DNA of 64,000 bases from Deferrisomatales bacterium (GTDB lineage: Bacteria > Desulfobacterota > Deferrisomatia > Deferrisomatales > JACRMM01). Made by a program: the position numbers and the translations under genes. How positions within the stretch are numbered: the stretch's first letter is position 1; every line of letters begins with the position of its first letter. This document shows, piece after piece, positions 18,639 to 28,986 of this stretch. The stretch covers positions 14,406 to 78,405 of the forward strand of contig JAWSUI010000014.1 in NCBI GenBank assembly GCA_033551855.1, in the 5' to 3' direction. The notes beneath the pieces are model-generated. The model was not told the origin of the DNA. It saw nothing but the letters and a program-made list of their open reading frames with translations, and made no database searches.

Positions 18639-19712
18639 ATGTCCGAGCTCCTGACCCAGGAAGAAGTCAACGCCCTGCTGCAGGGCGTGCCGTTTCTGGA
18701 CGAGGTGCCCGTGACCCCGTCGTGGACGGAGCCCCCTGCCGTCCCAGGGACGCGGGTGGGTGCCCGCGACGGGAAAACCGCGCCCTACGACTTCCGTCGC
18801 CCGAACCGTGTCCCGAGGAGCCTCCTCCAGAGCCTTCACGTCCTCCACGAACGCCACGCCCGCAATTTCGCGCTCAACCTCTCGGCATACCTGCGCACCG
18901 TCGCGGACGTCGCGCTGCTCAGCATCGACCAACTCTCCTACTCCGAATTCCTCACCGGCCTTCCGGAAACCACCAGCATCAACGTGGTGAAGATCGAGCC
19001 CCAGGGCGGCACCCTGGCCTACGAGGTCAATCCATCCCTCGTGTTTGCCGTCATTGAAAAGCTCATGGGCGGGGCTTCGGAGACCCCCGCCATGAATCGG
19101 GAGATCACCCAGATCGAGCAGCAGCTTGTGGAGGGGTTCCTCCAACTGTCCCTGCGGGACCTCCAGGAGGCCTGGCAGACCGCGGTGCCGACGGGTTTCC
19201 GGCTCGTGCGTCAGGAAACCAACCCTCGGCTCGTGCGCATCGCGGGCGCCGACGAGATCGTTGTCGTGATCACCTGCGAGGTCCGGATCGGGCAGAGCTC
19301 CGGCATGATGAGCTTCTGCATCCCCGCCGTGTACCTGGAGCCTTTCGCACGGACGCTGGAGCGGGAGAATCACATCGACCTCGCCGCGTCCCCAACCGCA
19401 GAGGTCCGGGCGCGCATCGACGCAGTGCTGGCGCGGGTGCCGGTGAACCTGAGCGCCGATCTCGTGGAACAGCGCATGGCCATCCGCGATCTCCTCTCCC
19501 TGAGGGTCGGGGACGTTCTCCCCTTGGAGCGGGAGACCAGCAGCCCGGTGACGGTGAGGGTGGCGGGAATCCCGAAGTTCCTAGGGGCGCTGGGGAGCAG
19601 GAGGCGAAGGCGCGCGGTGCGCATCCTGTCTCCGGTTCACAGGTCTCCGACAGGCGAACCGCGAGAACTCGGGGGGGACTTCGATGTCCTGGCGGGTCCC
19701 CGCCGCCCCTGA
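18639..19712 (+). CDS. fliM: Flagellar motor switch protein FliM
   Basis: N-terminal 'LTQEEVNALL'; 'YDFRRP', 'LMGG', 'REITQIE', 'ETNP'; C-terminal SpoA domain. Confidence 0.92.
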   Translation: MSELLTQEEVNALLQGVPFLDEVPVTPSWTEPPAVPGTRVGARDGKTAPYDFRRPNRVPRSLLQSLHVLHERHARNFALNLSAYLRTVADVALLSIDQLSYSEFLTGLPETTSINVVKIEPQGGTLAYEVNPSLVFAVIEKLMGGASETPAMNREITQIEQQLVEGFLQLSLRDLQEAWQTAVPTGFRLVRQETNPRLVRIAGADEIVVVITCEVRIGQSSGMMSFCIPAVYLEPFARTLERENHIDLAASPTAEVRARIDAVLARVPVNLSADLVEQRMAIRDLLSLRVGDVLPLERETSSPVTVRVAGIPKFLGALGSRRRRRAVRILSPVHRSPTGEPRELGGDFDVLAGPRRP

Positions 19713-19811
19713 AGCCGCCGCAGATCCCAATCGCGCTGCGTGTGCCGGGTTCGAGGGCGCGCGTTCGTTCTCCATCGTGCTCACCCCGGGGCAAGGAAGG
19801 GAACCCACATC

Positions 19812-20228
19812 ATGGCCGACATGCTCTCCCAGGAAGAGATCGACCGCCTCCTCGCTCGCTCCACACCGTCGCCGGGGGCACGCCCTGCAACTCCGACCGC
19901 CACACCCGCGACTCCGGGCAAGGGAAAGCAGGGGGCAGGCGCTGCGGCGTCGGATAGGGAGATCCCCAACATCGACCTGATCCTCGACATCGAGGTGGAT
20001 GTGATGGTCCGCCTGGGTGAAACCGTGATGCCGCTTCGAGAGGTTCAGGCGCTGGGGCCCGGGTCGGTGATTGCCCTGGACAAAGACACCGATACCCCGG
20101 TGGAGTTGGTCGTGAACGACCGGGTGGTGGCAAAGGGGGAGCTCGTCGTCACGGGCTCAGACCACTTCGCCCTTCGGGTGACGGAGATCGAGACCCCAAG
20201 CGAACGGATCCGCACCCTGGGCCCCTGA
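19812..20228 (+). CDS. fliN: Flagellar motor switch protein FliN
   Basis: 'NIDLILDIEV..VRLG', 'GSVIALDK', 'VNDRVVAKGELVV'; N-terminal 'LSQEEIDRLL'. Confidence 0.9.
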   Translation: MADMLSQEEIDRLLARSTPSPGARPATPTATPATPGKGKQGAGAAASDREIPNIDLILDIEVDVMVRLGETVMPLREVQALGPGSVIALDKDTDTPVELVVNDRVVAKGELVVTGSDHFALRVTEIETPSERIRTLGP

Positions 20229-20240
20229 CGGGAAGCGGCG

Positions 20241-20984
20241 ATGGGAAGGGACTGGAACCGCGAGCTCTTGCACCGCAGCGGCCTCCTCTTCCAGGGTGCC
20301 TCACCCTGGGGAGAGGTCGCCTGCATCGATGTGTGCGGCCCCACCCTTCTGCTCTCGCCGCTCTCCCGGCACCGGGAGCTGCCGCCAGAGGCGGGCCTGC
20401 CCGCCTGTTTCGAGGCAGCAACCCCCTTCGGAGTGTTCCGGGCCTCCGGAATCCTCGTGGGGAACCGCACCATCGAAATCAACCGCGTCCCTCAGGAGGT
20501 GATGGAGTTGGAGGTGCACCCGGGGGGTATCGATCGTCGCAACCGGAGGGCGCACTTCCGGGTGGCCGTGAACCTCAAGGGGGAGCTCGCCCTCTTCTCC
20601 GAGGAAGACCTCGCGCGACGCGGGCTCGCCGTCCCGGCAGGGGGCGCGGCGGCCTCTCTCCTGGAGGATGTGGCCAGAGGCACTTCCTCCTTGCGGAGGC
20701 TATGCCTGGTTCGGGAGATGGGCATCGGCGGGGCGCGTGTCTTCACGGCTCCCCCCGAACCCCTCCCCGGCACCCTCTTCCTCCTCGATCTCTCGCCGAC
20801 CCCCGGCGAACCGTTGACGAACCTTCCCGGGAACGTCATCGAGAGCCTGCCCCCGGGGGGGCCCCACCTCCCGATACAGATTCGCCTGCGCTTCGACCCG
20901 CTTTCGGGGGCACCAGAGGCGAGGCTCGCCCGCTACCTAGCCCGGGTGCAGCGGGAAATGCTCCAGAAGGGAATCCGGGGGTAG
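20241..20984 (+). CDS. PilZ-domain (YcgR/MotI-like) protein
   Basis: RxxxR motif 'NRRAHFRV'; degenerate (D/N)xSxxG motif 'EMGIGGA'; C-terminal 'QRE' helix; follows fliN. Confidence 0.7.
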   Translation: MGRDWNRELLHRSGLLFQGASPWGEVACIDVCGPTLLLSPLSRHRELPPEAGLPACFEAATPFGVFRASGILVGNRTIEINRVPQEVMELEVHPGGIDRRNRRAHFRVAVNLKGELALFSEEDLARRGLAVPAGGAAASLLEDVARGTSSLRRLCLVREMGIGGARVFTAPPEPLPGTLFLLDLSPTPGEPLTNLPGNVIESLPPGGPHLPIQIRLRFDPLSGAPEARLARYLARVQREMLQKGIRG

Positions 20985-21010
20985 CCCGCCGCGGGCCGCG
21001 GCGCCTGCCT

Positions 21011-22216
21011 TCACCTCCCGCGTTCACCCAGCAGCGCCACGGCGTGGGCCGAGATCCCCTCCTGACGGCCCTCGAAACCCAGTCCCTCGGTCGTCGTCGC
21101 CTTCACCGTCACACCCCGTTCCGGCAATCCCAGGGCTCCCGAGAGGTTGGCCTCCATCGCGGCGACGTGGCGCGAGACCTTGGGCCGCTGGGCCACCAGG
21201 GTCGCATCCACGCGGCAGATCTCCAGCCCCCGGGCGTGCACTCGCAGGCTCACCTGTTCGAGGAGCCGCAGGCTCGAAACCCCCTCCCAGGCGGGATCCG
21301 TATCGGGGAAGTGCCGCCCCAGATCCCCCAGGCCCGCCGCACCCAGGCAGGCGTCGGCGACCGCGTGGGCCAGAACGTCGGCGTCCGAGTGTCCCAGGAG
21401 CCCCCTCTCATGGGGCAGCTCGACCCCCCCCAAAATCAAAGGCCGCCCTGCCACAAGCCGGTGCACGTCGTATCCGTGGCCCACGTGGAATCTTGCGTCA
21501 CGGAGCCCGGCACGCCGCTTCCCTTCCGGACCGCCCATCGCCGAGAGGAGCACCTCGGCGAGCTCCAGATCCTCGCGGCAGGTCACCTTGAGGTTTCGGG
21601 GGTCCCCGGGTACCAATCGGGGCCGCCGCCCCAGCGCCTCGGCCAGGCTAGCCTCGTCCGTGCCGGCTCGGCCCTCCGCGGCCCCCCGGTCTAGGGCCTC
21701 CCGAAGAACTGCCAGCGGAAACACCTGCGGGGTTTGGGCCTGCCACAGTCCCGCACGATCCACGGTGCCGGCCACGGATCCGTTCTCCTCCCTCTTGACG
21801 GTGTCGCGGCAGGCCACCGCCAGGATCGCCCCATCGGGCCGGGCCGCAGCCGCCAGATCCGGAAATCGCTCCACCGGCGGAAAGGGCCGCACGCCGTCGT
21901 GGACGAACACCAGGTCGTCCGGGCCCGCCTCTGCCAGGGCTTCGACACCCCGCCTCACCGAATCCTGCCGGGTCGCTCCTCCCGCCACGACCCGGAGGAC
22001 CCCTGCGACCCCGGCCCCCTCCAGAAGCCCTCGGGTCCGCGGCACCTCCGCTTCCGGCGCCACGACCACCGCACCAGCGAACCTTGGCCATGACAGGAGA
22101 GTCTCGAGGGTCCTCACCAGGAGGGGGCGCCCGCCCAGCGGCAAGAACTGCTTGGGGGTTCCACCGCCCATCCGGCTGCCGGCGCCCCCTGCCGGCACGA
22201 TGGCCCAGATGGTCAC
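21011..22216 (-). CDS. ispDF: Bifunctional IspD/IspF (MEP cytidylyltransferase / MECDP synthase)
   Basis: '[14 protein letters not shown]', 'VHDGVRP', 'QTPQ', then in frame 'GHGYDVH', 'GHSDADV', 'KATTTEGLG'. Confidence 0.95.
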   Translation of the reverse strand: MTIWAIVPAGGAGSRMGGGTPKQFLPLGGRPLLVRTLETLLSWPRFAGAVVVAPEAEVPRTRGLLEGAGVAGVLRVVAGGATRQDSVRRGVEALAEAGPDDLVFVHDGVRPFPPVERFPDLAAAARPDGAILAVACRDTVKREENGSVAGTVDRAGLWQAQTPQVFPLAVLREALDRGAAEGRAGTDEASLAEALGRRPRLVPGDPRNLKVTCREDLELAEVLLSAMGGPEGKRRAGLRDARFHVGHGYDVHRLVAGRPLILGGVELPHERGLLGHSDADVLAHAVADACLGAAGLGDLGRHFPDTDPAWEGVSSLRLLEQVSLRVHARGLEICRVDATLVAQRPKVSRHVAAMEANLSGALGLPERGVTVKATTTEGLGFEGRQEGISAHAVALLGERGR

Positions 22217-23235
22217 GCCCGGCGCCTCCACACACGCCGGCGCGCCGGGGTTTCCAAACCCTCCTCGCCCGCCGGCTTGGCGAAGATCAACCGCCCGGCC
22301 GTGGTCTGGAGGACCGAGGTCACCACGCCCCGGATGGACTGCCCCATCCGGTCTCCTCCCCCCTCCACGACCACCATGGTTCCGTCCTCGAGGTAGCCCA
22401 CCCCCTGCCCGGGCTCCTTCCCTTCCTTCTGGACCGTCACCTGAACCTCTTCCCCCGGCAGGACCACAGGCCGCAGGGCGTGGGCGAGCTGGTTCACGTT
22501 GAGGGTGCGGACCCCCTGGAGCTCCGCTACCTTGGAAAGATTGAAGTCGTTGGTCACCACCGTGGCTCCCGTGGACTTGGCCAGGGCGACGATCTTGCCG
22601 TCCACCTCCTTCACCCGCGGGAAGTCGTGGTCGGTGATCCGGACCTCGATCCCCTCGAGCGCCTGCAGTCGCTCCAGGATCCCGAGCCCCCGGCGCCCCC
22701 GGGCTCGCTTCAGGGGGTCCGTGCTGTCCGCAATCCCCTGGACCTCGTTGAGCACGAACTGGGGCACCACCATCGGTCCGCCGATGAACCCGAGCTCCAC
22801 CATGTCCGCGATCCGGCCGTCGATGATGGCAGAGGTGTCCAGGACCTTGGGGCTCACGGAGGCGGCAACGCCGGACTTTCCCGTGGCCAGGCGAAAGGCG
22901 CGGATACCCCTCTGGCCGGCCAGGGCCCCCACGTAGGCGAGCACCACGGTGATGCCGACCGCAGCGGGCGCGGGGATGACCTCGAAGCCGAAGGCTCTGC
23001 GGGCCCACACTGCCGCCAGGAGCCCGCCGAGGGCTCCGAGAGCGGCCCCCAGAACCCCCGAAGGCGGTGCCCGCTGCAGCGACCGCTCTACGACGTATGC
23101 GGCCGCGAACAGTGCCACCCCAACCGCCGCCCCGGCCAGCGGCGCCTGCTCCCAGGACGTCAAAGCGGGGCCCGCGAGGGCCCCGGCGACGAAACAGATG
23201 AGGAAGAGACCGGTACGGAAGACGGCGCTGCCCAA
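22213..23235 (-). CDS. Membrane PIN/TRAM-domain protein (YacL-like)
   Basis: '[12 protein letters not shown]', 'RGRRGL', 'TNDFNL', '[14 protein letters not shown]'. Confidence 0.92.
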   Translation of the reverse strand: MGSAVFRTGLFLICFVAGALAGPALTSWEQAPLAGAAVGVALFAAAYVVERSLQRAPPSGVLGAALGALGGLLAAVWARRAFGFEVIPAPAAVGITVVLAYVGALAGQRGIRAFRLATGKSGVAASVSPKVLDTSAIIDGRIADMVELGFIGGPMVVPQFVLNEVQGIADSTDPLKRARGRRGLGILERLQALEGIEVRITDHDFPRVKEVDGKIVALAKSTGATVVTNDFNLSKVAELQGVRTLNVNQLAHALRPVVLPGEEVQVTVQKEGKEPGQGVGYLEDGTMVVVEGGGDRMGQSIRGVVTSVLQTTAGRLIFAKPAGEEGLETPARRRVWRRRA

Positions 23236-23238
23236 GGC

Positions 23239-23739
23239 TCAACCCTCCGCGTGGCAGACGTCCCCGAAGGCCAACAGGATCTGCTCCTCCGCCTGGCTCG
23301 CCTTCTGGCCGTTGGCCACCGCAATCTCTTGGGAGAGGAGCTCCATCGCCGTGTTCAGCATGCGCTTCTCGCCGTAGGAAAGGTTCTTCCCCGCCCGCAG
23401 CAGATAGAGGTCGCGCAGCACCTTGGCGATCTCCACCGCCGACCCGGTCCGGATCTTGTCACTGTACTCCCGGAACCGGCGGTTCCAGGTCTGATTGTCG
23501 CTGACGCGCCGCCGCTGCCGCAGCACCTGGAAGACCCGGTCGACCTCCTCCTGGCCCATCACCTGACGAAGCCCCACGTCCCCGCACTTGACCACCGGGA
23601 TGATGATCGTCATCTCCCGGTCCAAGATCCGCATGACGTACACCTCGATCTGCCCTCCCATGATGTCGCGTGTCTCGATGGCGGTGATCTCCCCCACCCC
23701 GTGGGCGGGATAGACGGCCTTGTCGCCAACAGTGAACAT
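23239..23739 (-). CDS. carD: CarD/CdnL-family RNA polymerase-binding regulator
   Basis: '[15 protein letters not shown]', 'WNRRFR', 'LSYGEKRM'. Confidence 0.93.
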   Translation of the reverse strand: MFTVGDKAVYPAHGVGEITAIETRDIMGGQIEVYVMRILDREMTIIIPVVKCGDVGLRQVMGQEEVDRVFQVLRQRRRVSDNQTWNRRFREYSDKIRTGSAVEIAKVLRDLYLLRAGKNLSYGEKRMLNTAMELLSQEIAVANGQKASQAEEQILLAFGDVCHAEG

Positions 23740-23868
23740 GCAGCGTCCTCCTGCCCGGCGCCCGGCGCCGGCTCCCATGCCATGAAAAAAGATCCAACCG
23801 AATGTTTTGTCCCCCCGCCCCCTGTGCTAGATTCCGGCCCGTCACCCCCCAACAGGAGGCGCCCGCCG

Positions 23869-24990
23869 ATGAAGGTTTCCGAGGTGTTCTACGCCGACCT
23901 CCGCACCAGCCCCCGCAAGAGCCTCCTGGACAAGGTCGAGGAGCTGCTCCACGCCTCCGGCGCCCCGGCGCGGGTGAAGCGGGGGGATCTGGTCGCCGTC
24001 AAGCTCCACTTCGGCGAGAAGGGGAACACGGCGTTCCTACGACCGATCTTCGTCCGACGCGTCGTGGACGTGCTCAAGGGGTTGGGAGCCAAACCCTTTC
24101 TCACCGACACCAACACCCTCTACGTGGGCAGCCGCGGGCAGGCCGTGAGCCACCTCGAGACCGCGATCCAGAACGGATTCGACTACGCTGTCGTGGGCGC
24201 CCCCCTGATCATCGCCGACGGGCTCCGGGGAAGCACCTCGGTCCGCGTCGATATCGGGGGAAAACGTCTGACCCATGTTCTCTTGGGCGCCGAGATCGCC
24301 CACGCGGACGCGGTCGTGGGCCTGGCCCACTTCAAAGGACACGAGCTCTCCGGCTTCGGGGGCTGCTTGAAGAACCTGGGCATGGGCTGCGCGGCCCGCG
24401 AAGGCAAGCTGGCGCAGCACTCCACCGTGGCCCCCAAGGTCAAGAAGAAGCTCTGCGTGGCTTGCGGCGAGTGTGTGCGGTGGTGCGCACAGGGGGCCAT
24501 CGCCGTGGGCGAGGTGGCGTTCATCGACACCGAGCGCTGCGTCGGGTGCGGAGAGTGCATCCTCACCTGTCCCGAGGGCGCGATCCAGATCCAGTGGAAC
24601 GAGGGCCCCGAGGCGATGCAGGAGAAGATGGCCGAGCACGCCCTCGGTGTCCTGAAGGACAAACGCCACAAGAGCCTCTTCCTGAACTTCGCCACGCAAG
24701 TGAGCCCTGCCTGTGACTGTTACGGGCACAACGACGCCCCCATCGTGGGGGACGTGGGCATCCTCTCCTCAACCGACCCGGTGGCCCTGGACCAGGCCTG
24801 CGTCGATCTCGTCAACGCCAAACCGGGCAACGAGGGCACCGCCCTCGCGACAAACCGGGCCCCCGGAGAGGACAAATTCCGGGGCGTCTACCCGAAGATC
24901 GACTGGTCGGTCCAGCTCCGCCACGCGGAGGAGATCGGTCTCGGCAGCCGCACCTATCGCCTGCGGAACATCGGGACCCCGGGCGGGTAG
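23869..24990 (+). CDS. DUF362-domain Fe-S protein with 2x[4Fe-4S] ferredoxin insert
   Basis: 'AVKLHFGEKGN', 'HFKGH..GFGGCLKNLGMG', CVACGEC..CA, CVGCGEC..CP, 'SPACDC', 'DPVALD'. Confidence 0.9.
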   Translation: MKVSEVFYADLRTSPRKSLLDKVEELLHASGAPARVKRGDLVAVKLHFGEKGNTAFLRPIFVRRVVDVLKGLGAKPFLTDTNTLYVGSRGQAVSHLETAIQNGFDYAVVGAPLIIADGLRGSTSVRVDIGGKRLTHVLLGAEIAHADAVVGLAHFKGHELSGFGGCLKNLGMGCAAREGKLAQHSTVAPKVKKKLCVACGECVRWCAQGAIAVGEVAFIDTERCVGCGECILTCPEGAIQIQWNEGPEAMQEKMAEHALGVLKDKRHKSLFLNFATQVSPACDCYGHNDAPIVGDVGILSSTDPVALDQACVDLVNAKPGNEGTALATNRAPGEDKFRGVYPKIDWSVQLRHAEEIGLGSRTYRLRNIGTPGG

Positions 24991-25173
24991 CCCCTCCCGC
25001 GGGGCCGCCGGCGTCGGCGCCCGGCCCTCGGCCCCGTGCAGCGACCGCACGCGGCCCGTGGCACCAGCCCACAGGGTCAAGAGCATGCCGACGACGAGCG
25101 CCAAGGTCAGTGCAATCAGGAGCCACTGGGAAACATCTCGGCTGCGCACCGACCACACCTTTCCGAAAGGCAT

Positions 25174-26328
25174 CTATTTATACCACACTTTTCGCCCGCC
25201 GGGAACCTGGGCGACGAATTCGTCCCACTCCGGGGCCCTCCGTTCCCAGTCCCAGACCCCGAGAAGGGAACGGAGGGTCTCCGGAGCGAGTCGGGCCTCC
25301 TGCCCGGTGAGGAGGCTCACGAGACGGCTTTCGAGGTCCGCCTCGTCGCGGTACAGGCACCCTGGGTGGAGCTCCGGGGGCAGCACCTCCGGATAGCTCA
25401 GGCGCCGGGGGGCCAGGGGGTGGGCCCCCGCGTAGGCCGCCTCCAACAGACTGATCCCGAAGTTCTCCTGCCGAGCCGTGCTCACCGCCACGTCGGCCCG
25501 AGCCAGGATTCCCAGGTACTCCTCCCGATCCGGCACGAAACCCCACCGCACGATGCGCTCCCCCAGAGACCGCCGGGCCTCCTCGAACGCGGGCGGGCGG
25601 CGCCGAAACGACTCTCCCAGCACCGCGACCCGAAACGCCACACCCCGCTCCGCCAGTCGGCCGAGCACGCGGAAGAACGTCCCGGGGTCCTTGTCGTATT
25701 CCCATCGGTGGTTCCAGACGAGCACCGGGGGACCGCCGTCCGCCCCCCTTCGGGCGGGGATGTCGCTCAGGCTCACGCCGAGGGGGAGCACCGCGCACTT
25801 GGCCCGGACCTCCTCCAAAGCCCACCGGGGACGGGTGTCGGGCATCCTACGGATCAGTGCCCCCATGGCGGAAAAGAAGGCCTGCTGCTGGTAAGCCGAG
25901 TTGAAGGCCACCCGATCGGCCGCCAGCGCCCCGGCGAGGTCCGTGAAGGCGTAGGAGAGATCCGGCTCCGGCGCACCCTCCTCCTCCAGGGACGGGTAGG
26001 AGGCCTGATTCTCATGGAAGTACAGGACCGTCGGGATCCGCTCGGGAAGAAACGCGCGCAGATGGGCCAGGTCCATCACATTGGTCGCAAACAGGACGTC
26101 GATCCCATCCAAGCGTCCCCGCAGGCGCCGGGCGAGCTCGAAGGCGGCCCCCCTCATGCGCCACTTCCAGAACCGCGCGGGAAGGTGCTCCAGCGAGACG
26201 GCGTGTCGGCTCGCCCGTGACCACCCTTCGGCAGCGGCCCGGTGGCTCCCCCCCCAGAAGCCCTCCAAGACGAGCACCCGCAGGGCCCCTGCCCGTAGGC
26301 CCAGGGGCGGTTTCTTTCCCCTCCCCAC
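25174..26328 (-). CDS. GT-B glycosyltransferase, DUF3524/GTDC1 (QTMAN)-like
   Basis: 'GGSH', 'WKWRMRG', 'YFHENQ', 'FNSAY', 'WNHRWEYDKDP', 'ENFGIS', 'LSYPE'. GTG start after GGAGG is tentative. Confidence 0.85.
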   Translation of the reverse strand: MGRGKKPPLGLRAGALRVLVLEGFWGGSHRAAAEGWSRASRHAVSLEHLPARFWKWRMRGAAFELARRLRGRLDGIDVLFATNVMDLAHLRAFLPERIPTVLYFHENQASYPSLEEEGAPEPDLSYAFTDLAGALAADRVAFNSAYQQQAFFSAMGALIRRMPDTRPRWALEEVRAKCAVLPLGVSLSDIPARRGADGGPPVLVWNHRWEYDKDPGTFFRVLGRLAERGVAFRVAVLGESFRRRPPAFEEARRSLGERIVRWGFVPDREEYLGILARADVAVSTARQENFGISLLEAAYAGAHPLAPRRLSYPEVLPPELHPGCLYRDEADLESRLVSLLTGQEARLAPETLRSLLGVWDWERRAPEWDEFVAQVPGGRKVWYK

Positions 26329-26443
26329 CCTTCCGATCCCTCCCTCCCTCTTCCAAGGCCCCGGAGGCGCCCACTCTGGAACCGTCCCCGCCGCCCCGCC
26401 CGGGCATGCCGGCGCGAACGGCAGAACGCAGTTTATTTTCCCC

Positions 26444-26472
26444 TTGACACGGTACCGGGCGCCATCTAGCCT
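26444..26472 (+). promoter_or_regulatory. sigma70 promoter of the fad operon
   Basis: TTGACA-17-TAGCCT. Confidence 0.7.
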
Positions 26473-26481
26473 CGACACACC

Positions 26482-26497
26482 GAATGAACGTTCATTC
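26482..26497. promoter_or_regulatory. Palindromic operator, probably bound by the TetR-type FadR encoded in the operon
   Basis: Perfect 16-bp palindrome GAATGAAC|GTTCATTC just downstream of the -10; shares the GAATGA..TCATTC half-sites of the B. subtilis FadR(YsiA) box. Confidence 0.8.
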
Positions 26498-26507
26498 AGA
26501 GGGCCCC

Positions 26508-28304
26508 ATGACCATTCCCGAGATGATACGAGACCGCCACGGTCAGTGGAAGGACCGCCCCTGCATGAGGACGAAGGACTCGGGCGCATATCGGGACGTC
26601 ACCTGGGACGAGTTCTACGGGTTTGCCGTCGCGACCGCCGGCGCCCTGGTCGGTCGCAGTTTTCAACCGGGCGACCGGGCCGCGGTTCTGAGCCCCACCC
26701 GCTACGAATGGGCGGTGGCCGACACGGCCATTCTAACCGCCGGCGGGCTCACCGTGCCCCTCTACCCCACCCTCACCCGCCGGGAGGTCAAGGACCTTCT
26801 GGAGCGCAGCGGGTCCACGATCCTCTTCGCCTCCGACACCGAGCAGATCGAGAAGGTGCTGCCCCTGCTCGACGAAGTCGCGGGGCTGCGCCTCCTGGTG
26901 GCCTTCGACCCGGACGCCCTCGCAGGCATGAGCGATCCGCGGGTCCTCACCCTCGAGGCCTTCGCCGCCGAGGGGCGCAACCACCCCCTGTCCGACATCG
27001 AGAAACGGCTCGCGGCAGTCGGGGAGGACGACGTGGCCACCGTCATCTTCACCTCGGGCACGACCGGCGAGCCCAAGGGGGTCGCCCTCACCCACCGGAA
27101 CATTCTTTCCAACGTGGAGGCGAGCCTCGAGGAGTTCGACCTGGGCCCCCAAGATGTCTGCCTGGCCCACCTGCCCCTGGCACACATCCTCGAGAGGATG
27201 GGGGGCTACTATCTGATGCTCTACTGCGGCACGGTGATCGCGTACGCGGAAAACCTCACCACAGTGGCCCAGAACCTCGCAGAGGTGCGACCGACCGTGG
27301 CCGTGAGCGTCCCCCGGATCTTCGAGAAGGTCTACGCGGGCATCCAGATGAAGGCGGCGGAGGCCCCGGGACCGGTGAAGGCCCTCACCTTCTGGGCCCT
27401 CGGCGTGGCCCGTCGCGTCGGGGAATGCCAGGCCACCGGTCGCAAGTTTCCTCTGGGGCTGCAGCTCTCATACGCCCTCGCCGACCGGCTGGTCTTCGCC
27501 AAAGTTCGAGAAAAGATGGGCGGGCGGATTCGCTTCTTCATCTCGGGCGGGGCCCCGCTGTCGCCAGAGCTGGCGAAATTCTTCAACGCGGTCGGCATCC
27601 GGATCTACGAGGGCTACGGTCTCACCGAGACCTCCCCGGTGGTGGCCGTCAATACTCCGACGCGAAACCGCATCGGCACCGTCGGGCCGCCTCTGTCCAA
27701 CCTGCGGGTACGCATCGCGAAGGACGGCGAGATCCTGGTCAAGGGGCCGAGTGTGTTCCCCGGCTATGACGGTGACGAGCGGGCGACCCGAGAGGCCTTC
27801 ACGGACGACGGCTTCTTCCTCACCGGGGACATCGGCGAGTTGGACGCCGACGGATTCCTCAAGATCACGGACCGGAAGAAGGACGTGATCGTGACGGCGG
27901 GGGGCAAGAACGTGGCACCCCAGAAGGTCGAAAACATCCTCAAGCTGAGCAAGTACATCGCGGACGCCATGCTGTTCGGGGACCGGAAGAAGTTCATCTC
28001 CGCCGTCATCGTGCCCGACCCGGAGTGGCTCCGGCGGTACGCCCAGCTCAAGGGAATCCCCGAGCAACCCCTGGAGGCACTCGTCGAGAACGAAGTGGTG
28101 CTGGACTACTACACCCGCCTCGTCGAGGAGCTCCAGCGGAAGGCCCAACTCGCCTCCTACGAGAGCGTGAAGAAGTTCGTCCTCATCCCCCACGAGTTCT
28201 CGGTCGGTGACGGGGAAGTGACGCCGACCATGAAGGTGCGCCGCCAGAACGTCACCTCCCACTACCGAGACCGGCTCGAGGCCCTCTACAAGGAAGGCGG
28301 ATGA
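26508..28304 (+). CDS. fadD: Long-chain fatty acid--CoA ligase
   Basis: 'IFTSGTTGEPKGV', 'EGYGLTETSP', 'TGDIG', 'ITDRKKD', 'TPTMKVRR'. Confidence 0.93.
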   Translation: MTIPEMIRDRHGQWKDRPCMRTKDSGAYRDVTWDEFYGFAVATAGALVGRSFQPGDRAAVLSPTRYEWAVADTAILTAGGLTVPLYPTLTRREVKDLLERSGSTILFASDTEQIEKVLPLLDEVAGLRLLVAFDPDALAGMSDPRVLTLEAFAAEGRNHPLSDIEKRLAAVGEDDVATVIFTSGTTGEPKGVALTHRNILSNVEASLEEFDLGPQDVCLAHLPLAHILERMGGYYLMLYCGTVIAYAENLTTVAQNLAEVRPTVAVSVPRIFEKVYAGIQMKAAEAPGPVKALTFWALGVARRVGECQATGRKFPLGLQLSYALADRLVFAKVREKMGGRIRFFISGGAPLSPELAKFFNAVGIRIYEGYGLTETSPVVAVNTPTRNRIGTVGPPLSNLRVRIAKDGEILVKGPSVFPGYDGDERATREAFTDDGFFLTGDIGELDADGFLKITDRKKDVIVTAGGKNVAPQKVENILKLSKYIADAMLFGDRKKFISAVIVPDPEWLRRYAQLKGIPEQPLEALVENEVVLDYYTRLVEELQRKAQLASYESVKKFVLIPHEFSVGDGEVTPTMKVRRQNVTSHYRDRLEALYKEGG

Positions 28305-28921
28305 ATCGCTCCCCCGGCCGCAGGGCAGAGCGCCAGCAGAAGATCCTCGCCGCGGCCGTGCGGGCGTTCAGCCGCCAAGGGTACCACCACTGCACCGTAG
28401 CCCAGGTCGCCCGGGAGGCGGGGGTCGCCGACGGCACCATCTACCTCTACTTCCAGAACAAGGAGGACCTGCTGGTGAGCGCCTTCCGGCACGTGCTCGA
28501 GAGCCTGTTCCAGCCCCTGGACGCCGAGATCGCCGCCATCGCCGACCCGCTGGCGAAACTGCGCCGCCTGGTGGAGATGCACCTCGAGCTCATGGAGGGC
28601 GACCCGGACGTCGCCTCCTTTCTCCAGTTTCAGCTCCGCCAGCCCGAGACCTCGGTGCGGACCGCAATCTCCGGACCCCTGGGGCAGTATGCTCGCCGCA
28701 TCGAGGCCATTCTCGAGGCCGGCAAGGCAGCGGGGCAGATCCGTACCGACGTGGGCACCCGGATGCTGCGGCGTTTGATTTTCGGGGCCGTGGACGAAAC
28801 CGTCTCGGCGTGGCTGCTCCGGGCCGGGCGCGAGCCTTTGCTGCCCAAGGCGGCACCCCTTCTCGACGTGATCCTCGACGGGATCCGCCGCCCCGGATCG
28901 GCCTGCCCCGGGCACCCGTAG
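28301..28921 (+). CDS. fadR: TetR-family regulator, FadR(YsiA)-like
   Basis: 'AGVADGTIYLYFQNKEDLL' HTH; 'IFGAVDE' motif; embedded in the beta-oxidation operon. Confidence 0.85.
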   Translation: MNRSPGRRAERQQKILAAAVRAFSRQGYHHCTVAQVAREAGVADGTIYLYFQNKEDLLVSAFRHVLESLFQPLDAEIAAIADPLAKLRRLVEMHLELMEGDPDVASFLQFQLRQPETSVRTAISGPLGQYARRIEAILEAGKAAGQIRTDVGTRMLRRLIFGAVDETVSAWLLRAGREPLLPKAAPLLDVILDGIRRPGSACPGHP

Positions 28922-28986
28922 GACCGGCTCCAAGCTGGGGCCCGACGCTCGGGCCCCGTCGACCCGTTGGGAAAGGAGGAGCGTCC

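Noticed and set aside
24769..25173. Small ORF with one hydrophobic segment (MPFGKVWS...)
   Set aside because: Overlaps the DUF362 gene by more than 200 bp with no clear RBS or motif; a small membrane protein cannot be excluded but is unsupported.
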